Source: Candidatus Saccharimonadota bacterium
Lineage (GTDB): Bacteria; Patescibacteriota; Saccharimonadia; Saccharimonadales; OFTM59
Reading direction: 5' to 3'
Assembly (NCBI GenBank): GCA_029260875.1
Contig: JAJDCL010000028.1
Coordinates: forward strand, 1,161 to 65,160
Length of the DNA stretch: 64,000 nt
The position numbers and the translations under genes are program-made. Positions 16,882 to 24,883 of the stretch are shown piece after piece (within the stretch, counting starts at the first letter, position 1; the number at the start of each line of letters is the position of its first letter). A model generated the notes under the pieces. That model worked only from the letters and a program-made list of their open reading frames with translations, did not search any database and was not told the origin of the DNA.

Positions 16882-16986
16882 ATGGGTTTCATTAGAAACG
16901 ATTGGCATGAGCAAGGTATTGTTACCAAGATACTACTTGTTCTTGGTCTGATCATCGCAGCCATTGTTTGGCTTGCTAAAAACTGA
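16882..16986 (+). CDS. 34-aa single-TM micro-protein
   Basis: AGGAG at 16871-16875 lies 6 nt before the ATG. The product is MGFIRNDWHEQGIVTKILLVLGLIIAAIVWLAKN. Below the track's size cut-off. Confidence 0.4.
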   Translation: MGFIRNDWHEQGIVTKILLVLGLIIAAIVWLAKN

Positions 16987-17087
16987 TTGTTTTTCAGTTT
17001 TTTCAGTTACAAAAGCGGGTCTGAAAAACAATTGTTTTTCGTTTTTCCGTTTTAGAAAATCAGCTTAAAAAGTTGATTGTTTTTCAA
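16985..17087. repeat. Iteron/operator array: ATTGTTTTTC three times at exact 45-bp spacing, the middle copy within a perfect 18-bp palindrome
   Basis: ATTGTTTTTC occurs at 16986-16995, 17031-17040 and 17076-17085. GAAAAACAATTGTTTTTC occupies 17023-17040. Confidence 0.6.
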
Positions 17088-17148
17088 TTAATCAATTTTC
17101 CCACCAACTCCTTTGAATAAGATAGGCATCAGGGGTACTATATTAGTA

Positions 17149-18846
17149 ATGAAAGCAACTAAGGTAACAGTCCATAACTACCGATCGATACACGATGCCA
17201 CCTTTGATCTGGCTGACTATGCTCTGCTCATCGGATCCAACAATGCTGGCAAGAGTACATTTGCTAACGCCATCAGGGTTTTTTATGAAAAAGACGGTTT
17301 CAAGTACGATTCAAAGAAAGATTACCCATTTGATCTAGTAAAAGATGCCGAGCGTGAATCTTGGGTGGAAATATGGTTTGAGCTCGATCAAGATGAGTAC
17401 GATAACCTCGCAGAGAAGTACAAGCAAGTTGATAAGGTGTTGAAAGTTCGCAGGTATCTAGAAACCGCAACTTACAAGAACCACGAGGGCAAGGCTGGAT
17501 CTGGTCAGATTTTTGGCTACAAGACTGACGGCACCTTAGATAACGAGGCGTTTTATGGCGCAAAGAACGTTCAAAGTGGAAAGTTCGGAGAGCTGATTTT
17601 TATACCTGCCATCAGTAAGGTAGATGATCACACAAAGTTTAGCGGTGCATCTGCGTTGAGAGACCTTGTAACTGATATCCTCTCTGGTACCACTGACTTT
17701 GATGCCAACTACGGCGCATTAGAGGAAAACTTTACGACTTTCTCTAGTGCTATGCAATCCTCCAGTACCGCCGATGGCCGTTCCCTAAAGGCTGTTGAGG
17801 ACTCGCTGACTGGCATGCTAGAGGATTGGGGTATTGGGTTCAAGTTGACTTGGAAAACTCCCTCGATAGCTGAGATCATCAAGTCCATGATTAACTCCAC
17901 CTACACCGACCTAGCGCACGACAAAGAGATATTGATAACAGATGCTGGCTCTGGTTTTCAGCGACACCTTATCTACAGTGTTATCAAGACGGGTGCAGAT
18001 TTTGCTGCAAAAAAACCTAAAGCTAAAAAGACTAGCTTTGAACCAGAGCTTAGATGGATCGTATTCGAGGAACCAGAGGCTTTTCTCCATCCTCCGCAGC
18101 AAAACGAGCTTTCACGTAGCTTGCAGAAACTATCCGAGCTAGATAGTACACAGGTGTTATGCACCACTCACTCGCCGAACTTTGTAAACAAGAATATGCA
18201 GGCCATCACCAGCGTTGCTCGTGTGCAGAAAAACAAGAAAGGCTATGCTGATTTCTATCAGATTAGCGACACGACTTGGCAAGATATCACCGACAATAAC
18301 CAACTTATTAGCGCACTGCCATCAGCACCAGCGGCGCACCCTGATGATCTAGATCCTGAAATGGAGGCCATCAAGTACGCAATTTATCTGAATCCAGATC
18401 GTGCATGCATGTTCTTTGCTAAGAGAGTGCTGATTGTTGAGGGCGCAACAGAGGTTGCGTTAATAAACCACTTGATTGATATCGGTGAAATAAAGGCGAG
18501 CCTATCTGGCCTGCATGTAATTGATGCAATTGGCAAGTTCAACATCCATAGGTTTATGAAACTCCTTGAGTGTTTGGGCATTGAGCACTCCGTCTTGCAT
18601 GATGCTGATGCACCAGCAAAGACCTTACAGCAAGAGATTAATCAGCTTATCCAAGATTCCTCCAATACTTTTACGTACAAGATTGAAACGCTTGACCCTG
18701 ATCTAGAAACTTACCTAGGCCTGCCTGCGGTTGGTTCACGCCACGATCGTAAGCCACAGAGTGCGATCTATAACTACAACAACAGCAACTACGACACAGC
18801 AAAGATGGCCAGTTTCAAAACTCTGATTGAGAGCCTTGTTTCCTAG
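17149..18846 (+). CDS. OLD-family nuclease (ABC-type ATPase + C-terminal TOPRIM), stand-alone
   Basis: Motifs are Walker A GSNNAGKST, Walker B IVFEEPEAFLHP, H-loop TTHSP, and TOPRIM LIVEGATE ... HDADA. I prefer the ATG at 17149 over the track's TTG at 17113, which is in the same frame. Confidence 0.85.
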   Translation: MKATKVTVHNYRSIHDATFDLADYALLIGSNNAGKSTFANAIRVFYEKDGFKYDSKKDYPFDLVKDAERESWVEIWFELDQDEYDNLAEKYKQVDKVLKVRRYLETATYKNHEGKAGSGQIFGYKTDGTLDNEAFYGAKNVQSGKFGELIFIPAISKVDDHTKFSGASALRDLVTDILSGTTDFDANYGALEENFTTFSSAMQSSSTADGRSLKAVEDSLTGMLEDWGIGFKLTWKTPSIAEIIKSMINSTYTDLAHDKEILITDAGSGFQRHLIYSVIKTGADFAAKKPKAKKTSFEPELRWIVFEEPEAFLHPPQQNELSRSLQKLSELDSTQVLCTTHSPNFVNKNMQAITSVARVQKNKKGYADFYQISDTTWQDITDNNQLISALPSAPAAHPDDLDPEMEAIKYAIYLNPDRACMFFAKRVLIVEGATEVALINHLIDIGEIKASLSGLHVIDAIGKFNIHRFMKLLECLGIEHSVLHDADAPAKTLQQEINQLIQDSSNTFTYKIETLDPDLETYLGLPAVGSRHDRKPQSAIYNYNNSNYDTAKMASFKTLIESLVS

Positions 18847-19151
18847 CTAGCAGCTAGGTTTCCATCACTATTACTCAAACAGATACAGGAGTGAGTTGCC
18901 GCACAGCGTTAACTATCTGCCACATAGCTATTAGTTCTCGCTTGATTTGTTTCCAGTTCGCACCTATCAAGCTCACCATTTAGAAGCTCATCTACTAGAT
19001 GGGCTTTTTACATGGCTCATGCTCAACAAAACTGGCGGTTTACCGTATACTGAAGCATAAGCGCGTTTTTACACGCGATATTTCCATATGGCGGGCAATT
19101 TATGTACACACAAAAGACCAAAATTAGTACGACATCGGATGGGCTGCGTTA

Positions 19152-20879
19152 ATGCAGTTCGTGTCTGACAAATATTACTATTGGTATAACTGGGCCGTAA
19201 CAGCCGTAGGTCTGCTGATGACTAGCGGTAGCATTGTTGCACTAACCGCGCCCATAGGTGTTTTTACCCCCGAAAACGGTTTTATTGCTATGACAGCTAT
19301 TATTGGGCTAACCCAAGTCATCTATGGCGTGATATTCTTTAGGCTAAAGGCAAGGAGCAGCCCCTGGATAGCCGCTTTGATATCTGCCATGCTGCTTGCT
19401 CTTAACATTATTAACCTTATGCAAGACACCGGCCAATTGCACTCACAGTACTGGGTGCTCTGGGCTTTGCAGGCATTTTTTAGCGGACTGTTTGGTGCAT
19501 ATGTGGTTGCTGCTGTTTGTTTTCTTATTACTTTATATTTTGTGCTTGTAGCAACAGGCGAAACCGGCACCCAGCGGTTTGATATGATCAGCCTGGGCGC
19601 TGTTATTGGCACATACCTGATTGGTATAGCAGGGTATCTGGTGTGGCGAAACCTATACGTTGACCACGAAACAAAGCGGGTCCAAAAACTAACAGGCCAA
19701 CTTAAAACAAATCAGCAACAGGCAGAAATGCTCATCCAATCTATAAGTGATGGGCTGGTAGTAATTACGCCTGAGGGCAAAATCAGCCTGATTAATCCTG
19801 CTGCTGCTAAACTAACTGGCTGGGCAGTAGACGAGGCAATCGGCCTTGATGCGCGCCTGGTTATTAAGCTCCAAGAAGAAGACGGCAAGCCAATTGAAGA
19901 GATAAGCAACCCACTTAAAGCCGTATTTGATAAATCCCAAACCGTCAGCACCGAGAAGCAGCTCGTTAAACGTGACGGCAAGTCGGTCATAGTCTCTATA
20001 GTAGTTTCGCCGGTCATATTACCAAAAACGGATGCCGTAAACAGTGCAGTGGCTATCATAAGAGATATCAGCGTCAGCCGTGCCGAAGAAAAGCGCCGAG
20101 CCGACTTCATAAGTACAGCCTCTCACGAAATGCGCACGCCAGTCGCAGCCATAGAAGGCTATCTAGCGCTAGCCCTAAACAATAAAGTATCGTCCATTGA
20201 CAGTAAGGCGCGTGGCTTTTTGGAAAAAGCTCATTCTTCAACGCAGCACCTGGGTAAGCTTTTTCAGGATTTGCTTACCAGCGCCAGGGCAGAAGACGGA
20301 AGGCTTGTTAGCCACCCTGTAGTTATAGAGATGGGCTCGTATCTTGAGCAGTTGACCGACTCTTTGAGATTTGCCGCCGAAAAAAAGGGCCTGATGATGG
20401 ATTTCGTTATAGGCGCCGAGGGCAATATAACAGCGGGTAGCAAGGTAATTAAGCCGCTATACTATGTCCAGGTTGACCCAGATCGCATAAGAGAGGTTGT
20501 AACCAATCTGTTTGACAACGCAACCAAGTATACAGAAGCAGGGAAAATATCTGTCGGGCTTACTGGCAACAATGATGTTATACAGATATATATCAAGGAT
20601 ACTGGTGCGGGCATACCAGCTGACGACATCCCGCATCTTTTTCAGAAGTTTTACAGAGTAGACAGCTCGGCTACACGCACAATCGGCGGTACCGGGCTCG
20701 GGCTGTTCATTTGTCGCAAGATAATCGAGCTTTATAGTGGCCGTATCTGGGTAGAAAGCGAGCTTAACAAGGGCAGTACGTTCTACATTAATCTACCAAG
20801 GTTAAGTAGCCAAAAAGCCGCTGAACTGCAGGCCACCGAGACAGAACAATCATCAACCTTATCCCAGCCCATAAACTGA
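19152..20879 (+). CDS. Membrane sensor histidine kinase (multi-TM + PAS + HisKA + HATPase)
   Basis: 575 aa with the H-box SHEMRTPVAAIEGYL, the N-box NLFDNATKY and the G-boxes DTGAGI / GGTGLGL. Confidence 0.9.
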   Translation: MQFVSDKYYYWYNWAVTAVGLLMTSGSIVALTAPIGVFTPENGFIAMTAIIGLTQVIYGVIFFRLKARSSPWIAALISAMLLALNIINLMQDTGQLHSQYWVLWALQAFFSGLFGAYVVAAVCFLITLYFVLVATGETGTQRFDMISLGAVIGTYLIGIAGYLVWRNLYVDHETKRVQKLTGQLKTNQQQAEMLIQSISDGLVVITPEGKISLINPAAAKLTGWAVDEAIGLDARLVIKLQEEDGKPIEEISNPLKAVFDKSQTVSTEKQLVKRDGKSVIVSIVVSPVILPKTDAVNSAVAIIRDISVSRAEEKRRADFISTASHEMRTPVAAIEGYLALALNNKVSSIDSKARGFLEKAHSSTQHLGKLFQDLLTSARAEDGRLVSHPVVIEMGSYLEQLTDSLRFAAEKKGLMMDFVIGAEGNITAGSKVIKPLYYVQVDPDRIREVVTNLFDNATKYTEAGKISVGLTGNNDVIQIYIKDTGAGIPADDIPHLFQKFYRVDSSATRTIGGTGLGLFICRKIIELYSGRIWVESELNKGSTFYINLPRLSSQKAAELQATETEQSSTLSQPIN

Positions 20880-20958
20880 TATGGTGTATAGACTAAACCA
20901 TAAGCGTTCGTTATAATAACAGGTAAATAATAGACAAGAACAAGGAAGTCCAACGCAA

Positions 20959-21912
20959 ATGGCAAAAATAATGCTCGTCGAAGACGACAACAACCTGCGC
21001 GAAATCTACGAAGCGCGGCTTCTGGCTGAAGGTTACGAAATCGTTTCCGCAAAGGACGGCGAGGAGGCTTTGGCTTTAGCCGTCAAAGAACGCCCCGACC
21101 TAATTATTTCTGATGTGATGATGCCGAAGATCAGTGGCTTTGACATGCTTGATATATTACGCAGCACCCCAGAGACAAAAGACACTAAGGTTATTATGAT
21201 GACTGCTCTTTCGCAGGCCGAGGATAAGACTCGTGCTGACAAGCTAGGAGCGGACCGGTATTTAGTCAAATCCCAGGTAACCCTAGAAGATGTAGCCAAG
21301 GTCGCAAGAGAAGTTTTGCAAGGTGACGACGCCCCAGCCCACACAACTCCTGTTAATAACGCCATCCCGACAGCCCCACCACCAGCTCCAGCCTCTACGA
21401 TACCCGTAACAAACGAACCTCCAGCAGCCGCTCCTGTAGAGCCACCGGGCAGCGCTATACCTACACCCCTACCTGTGTCCGATACGCCAACCACAGAACC
21501 GCCTGCCATAGCTACACCAGCGCCAGCTGATGACCCCATCCCAGTTCAAGAACCTCCTGCGGTTGACGATGTTAGTCAGGCAGCAGCAACTGCAGACAAA
21601 CTGACTGATGTGGTTAATGACCTATTATCCAAGGGCCAAAATCAGGAAGCTTCAGATAATAGCAAGGAAAGCGACAATGCGTCATCCAGGAAAAGAATCA
21701 TACAGCCGATAAACGACATATCTGATAAGCCAGACCTAAACGCCTTGCTCGAAAAAGAAAACACAAGTAGCCAGACACCCCCTGTAACCAATTCTGTTAT
21801 AACACCGGACAGCCCCCCAAACACCCAGCCTGCACCCAATACAACTGCTAACCCCACCACACAACAAGACGTTCAGCAAACAGGACACGACCCAAACTCT
21901 ATCGCATTATAA
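20959..21912 (+). CDS. Response regulator: receiver domain fused to a Pro/Thr/Ala-rich tail of about 190 aa, no recognisable output domain
   Basis: The N-terminus is MAKIMLVEDDNNLREIYE...DLIISDVMMPKISGFD...LVKS. The C-terminal half is low-complexity (APPPAPASTIPVTNEPPAAAPVEPP...). Confidence 0.85.
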   Translation: MAKIMLVEDDNNLREIYEARLLAEGYEIVSAKDGEEALALAVKERPDLIISDVMMPKISGFDMLDILRSTPETKDTKVIMMTALSQAEDKTRADKLGADRYLVKSQVTLEDVAKVAREVLQGDDAPAHTTPVNNAIPTAPPPAPASTIPVTNEPPAAAPVEPPGSAIPTPLPVSDTPTTEPPAIATPAPADDPIPVQEPPAVDDVSQAAATADKLTDVVNDLLSKGQNQEASDNSKESDNASSRKRIIQPINDISDKPDLNALLEKENTSSQTPPVTNSVITPDSPPNTQPAPNTTANPTTQQDVQQTGHDPNSIAL

Positions 21913-21937
21913 GGTCAGCTTTTGCTAGACTGAGCAT

Positions 21938-22597
21938 ATGAGGATAAACGTTTACGTAGCTGCTGCTACAGGCTTAAGCCGTCGCGCAGCGGATAGGGCG
22001 GTGGCTGTGGGCAGAGTTGAGATCAATGGCCAGCCAGTTAAATTGGGTCAAACCGTAGGCCCGAATGATTCGGTAAGTCTTGACAAGCGCGCTATTACAC
22101 CGCCCGTCAAGACCACCACCATCATGCTAAATAAGCCAGTCGGCTACGTCTGTTCGCGCGACGGGCAGGGCAGCCGAACTATTTATAACTTGCTACCCCC
22201 GCATCTACGTAAGCTGAAACCGATTGGCAGGCTAGACAAAGATTCCTCTGGTTTGCTACTAATGACAGACGACGGTCGGTTGTCATATCAGCTAACTCAT
22301 CCAAGTTTTAAAAAAACTAAGATTTATGAAATCCGGCTAGACCGTCCGCTCACACCAGAAGATCACGACAAGATCACAACTAATGGTGTGCAGCTACATG
22401 ATGGCATAAGTAAGTTTGAACTTAACATAGTTGATGGCAAGAGCTTTGAATGGCAGGTCAGCATGCAAGAAGGCCGTAATCGCCAAATCCGCCGCACATT
22501 CGGCTCCCTCGGCTACGTTTTAACAAAACTCCACCGCACCCACTTTGGCTCTTACAAACTCGGCCATTTACAGTCAGGAAAATGGCGCTTACAATAG
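21938..22597 (+). CDS. Pseudouridine synthase, RsuA/RluB family (S4 domain + catalytic GRLDKDSSGLLL)
   Basis: 219 aa. It carries the catalytic Asp motif RLDKDSSGLLLMTDDG and a C-terminal NRQIRR. Confidence 0.85.
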   Translation: MRINVYVAAATGLSRRAADRAVAVGRVEINGQPVKLGQTVGPNDSVSLDKRAITPPVKTTTIMLNKPVGYVCSRDGQGSRTIYNLLPPHLRKLKPIGRLDKDSSGLLLMTDDGRLSYQLTHPSFKKTKIYEIRLDRPLTPEDHDKITTNGVQLHDGISKFELNIVDGKSFEWQVSMQEGRNRQIRRTFGSLGYVLTKLHRTHFGSYKLGHLQSGKWRLQ

Positions 22598-22601
22598 AAG
22601 C

Positions 22602-23063
22602 ATGGCGCTAGGGATAAAAGACGTGCGAGCAGTCATGATCGAGGCAGTTGAAACATTGATATTGCCACGATTTGACAGAATGGAGACTCGGCTGGACGGT
22701 GTAGAAACGCGGCTGGACGGAGTGGAAACCAGACTGGACGGTGTAGAAACGCGGCTAGACGGAGTGGAAACCAGACTGGCCGGTGTGGAAACTCGGCTTG
22801 GTAGACTCGAGCTTAGCCATGATGAATTAGGCCGTCGCTTTGGGGCCATAGAAGCAGGCATGGCCCAACTAGACTCTATCGATAATAGGCTCAAAGCTCT
22901 CGAAAACGACATCAGAGAAATTTACAAAATACTGAACGAGAAGCCACTACACATTGATAAGACGTATCAAAAACTATCCGACAAACAAAAACTGGTTCGC
23001 CTCCACCAAGAGACTCTTGCTCTCGCTCAGAAAATGGGCGTAGCATTGCCTGGGTCTAGCTAA
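22602..23063 (+). CDS. Coiled-coil protein with six tandem ETRLDGV heptads
   Basis: The ATG at 22602 avoids overlap with the upstream gene; the track start at 22545 is in the same frame. Sequence includes RMETRLDGVETRLDGVETRLDGVETRLDGVETRLAGVETRLGRLE. Confidence 0.55.
   Translation: MALGIKDVRAVMIEAVETLILPRFDRMETRLDGVETRLDGVETRLDGVETRLDGVETRLAGVETRLGRLELSHDELGRRFGAIEAGMAQLDSIDNRLKALENDIREIYKILNEKPLHIDKTYQKLSDKQKLVRLHQETLALAQKMGVALPGSS
22680..22805 (+). repeat. Tandem repeat: six 21-nt units, with the middle four forming two near-identical 42-nt units
   Basis: Units begin at 22680, 22701, 22722, 22743, 22764 and 22785. Units 22701-22742 and 22743-22784 differ at 2 positions. Confidence 0.85.
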
Positions 23064-23373
23064 ATTCGCAGTCCCCATTGCCCTCCGCCAGTTTGCAGGC
23101 CAGTACCAGATCCTTCATCTCTTTCTTCGTATACCCGAGAGTATCGTAGTCACTACCTAGACTCGCCATAACATCACTCATTGACGCCAGTCCCTCCGCG
23201 AGCCCGTCAGCTGCACCTATGGCAACCCTCCAGCCATAGTAGCTGCTGCCAGCAAATTCCTGTAGCGGGCACGATTCGCACACAGACCGGCCCAATAGAC
23301 CTTTTTCGTCTTTCGTAGGTATAAAACCGAGTTCGCCAAAGTTTTCGGACATATATAAACTCCTGAATATCAC
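23056..23373 (-). CDS. Hypothetical small Cys-containing protein
   Basis: 105-aa ORF with an alternative start at MSENF (23352). Convergent with the heptad-repeat gene and overlaps it by 8 nt. Confidence 0.4.
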   Translation of the reverse strand: MIFRSLYMSENFGELGFIPTKDEKGLLGRSVCESCPLQEFAGSSYYGWRVAIGAADGLAEGLASMSDVMASLGSDYDTLGYTKKEMKDLVLACKLAEGNGDCEFS

Positions 23374-23450
23374 GCCTAATATACTCTCTCTCTTAACTTG
23401 TCAATAAGCCAAATATGTTTTTTGATAACTTCGTGGTAAGATAAGCGGTA

Positions 23451-24797
23451 ATGAGTAAACTTCCGATTGTGGCTATTGTGGGGCGTGCTAATGTTGGCAA
23501 ATCGTCCTTGTTCAATGCGGTTTTAGATCGGCGTGAAGCAATTGTCGCAAGAGAGCCAGGGACAACCAGAGACAGCATAACCGCAAAAGCGGGGTATGAC
23601 GGCCAACACTTCTGGCTGGTTGATACCGCGGGCTTAAAAACAGCTGAGGATGATTTTGAATTTACCATCCAAGAGCAGATTGCTCAGGCAGCAGACAGCG
23701 CCGATGTTATATGGGTCGTGATTGAAGCTGATGTGCAAATTAGCGAAGAAGATCGCCGAGTAGCAAAGCTGGCCCTAAAAAGTCGCAAACCTGTCTATTT
23801 AGTGGTTAATAAAGCCGACAAAAAACCCAAAGCGCAAATAGACGACTACAGGCGACTCGGCATAAAAGACATCTTTCTAACCAGTGCCACTCAAAACCGT
23901 GGCATAGATGAGCTGCTAGGTAATCTTGTAGAATCAATCCCCAGTGCGTGGTTAGAGGATGATGACGACCGCTTGCATGTAGCGCTGCTTGGTCGCCCAA
24001 ACGTTGGTAAATCATCGTTGTTCAATACACTCGCCAAAAAGCAGCAAGCCATAGTAGCCGACAAGGCAGGCACCACACGCGACATAAACCGAGCGATTGT
24101 GCGTTATCAGGGCAGGGAAATTGAACTGATGGACACCGCTGGGATCCGTCGTAGCGGCAAAATAGAAAAAGGCATAGAACGCTTCAGTGTCATCCGCGCC
24201 CTTAGCGCTATCGAACAGGCTGATATTTGTTTTCTTCTAATGGACGCAAACGAGCTGCACGTAGCGCTAGATCAAAAGATAGCGGGTATGGTAAAGGAGG
24301 CAGGCAAGGGCCTGGTTTTGATTGTCAGTAAATGGGACAGCCTTGATAAAGATGCTTACACGCGCGACAAACTTGCACCGGAGATTGCTTATGATTTTGA
24401 TTTTGTACCCTGGGCGCCATTGATCTTCACTAGTGCCGTAAGCGGACAAAATGTGACCAAGCTATTTGATCTAGCGCTAGACATAGACAAAAAACGGCAA
24501 ACCCGCATCAAAACAAGCGAGCTAAACCGCTGGCTCAAAGATATTACAACCGCGCATCCACCAGCAGGCCTAAAAAACCGCATGCCAAAACTAAACTACA
24601 TCTTGCAAGAAGACGATAACCCGACCAATTTCAAAGTTTACGGCGCCCACACTAAGTTTCTGCACTGGAGTTATAAACGATTTATGGATAAAGAGCTGCG
24701 GTTGAAATACGGCTTTGAGGGCACCCCCGTTCGTTTCTGGTTCTTTGAGAAACACGTAACCCACAAACACGGCAGCAAACCAATAAGCAAAGAGTAG
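23451..24797 (+). CDS. der: Ribosome-associated GTPase Der/EngA (two tandem G domains + KH-like domain)
   Basis: It has two P-loops (GRANVGKSSLFN and GRPNVGKSSLFN), DTAG motifs and NKAD/SKWD. Confidence 0.95.
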   Translation: MSKLPIVAIVGRANVGKSSLFNAVLDRREAIVAREPGTTRDSITAKAGYDGQHFWLVDTAGLKTAEDDFEFTIQEQIAQAADSADVIWVVIEADVQISEEDRRVAKLALKSRKPVYLVVNKADKKPKAQIDDYRRLGIKDIFLTSATQNRGIDELLGNLVESIPSAWLEDDDDRLHVALLGRPNVGKSSLFNTLAKKQQAIVADKAGTTRDINRAIVRYQGREIELMDTAGIRRSGKIEKGIERFSVIRALSAIEQADICFLLMDANELHVALDQKIAGMVKEAGKGLVLIVSKWDSLDKDAYTRDKLAPEIAYDFDFVPWAPLIFTSAVSGQNVTKLFDLALDIDKKRQTRIKTSELNRWLKDITTAHPPAGLKNRMPKLNYILQEDDNPTNFKVYGAHTKFLHWSYKRFMDKELRLKYGFEGTPVRFWFFEKHVTHKHGSKPISKE

Positions 24798-24883
24798 TTA
24801 GTAGGTAGTAGATAGTAGTTGGGTTAGAGTAACACCGTACTATTGCATACTTCATACTTGATACCTCATACTTCATACTCATA

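Larger units (their letters stand above)
14869..19009. mobile_element. Integrated mini-element of about 4.1 kb at the 3' end of tRNA-Glu (serine recombinase + OLD nuclease cargo)
   Basis: Flanking degenerate direct repeats are TCACCA..CTCATCTAC..AGATGGG.CTTTTT at 14869-14908 and 18973-19009. The recombinase gene abuts the tRNA. Cargo is of the defence type. The block looks more AT-rich than its flanks by eye. Confidence 0.6.

Noticed and set aside
21033-21539. 168-aa minus-strand ORF (Gly/Ala/Val/Ser-rich) and similar antisense ORFs (764-1012, 22589-12912-type mirrors; here 22589-22912).
   Set aside because: They are mirror images of Pro-rich or repeat-rich coding sequence on the other strand, a classic compositional artefact.
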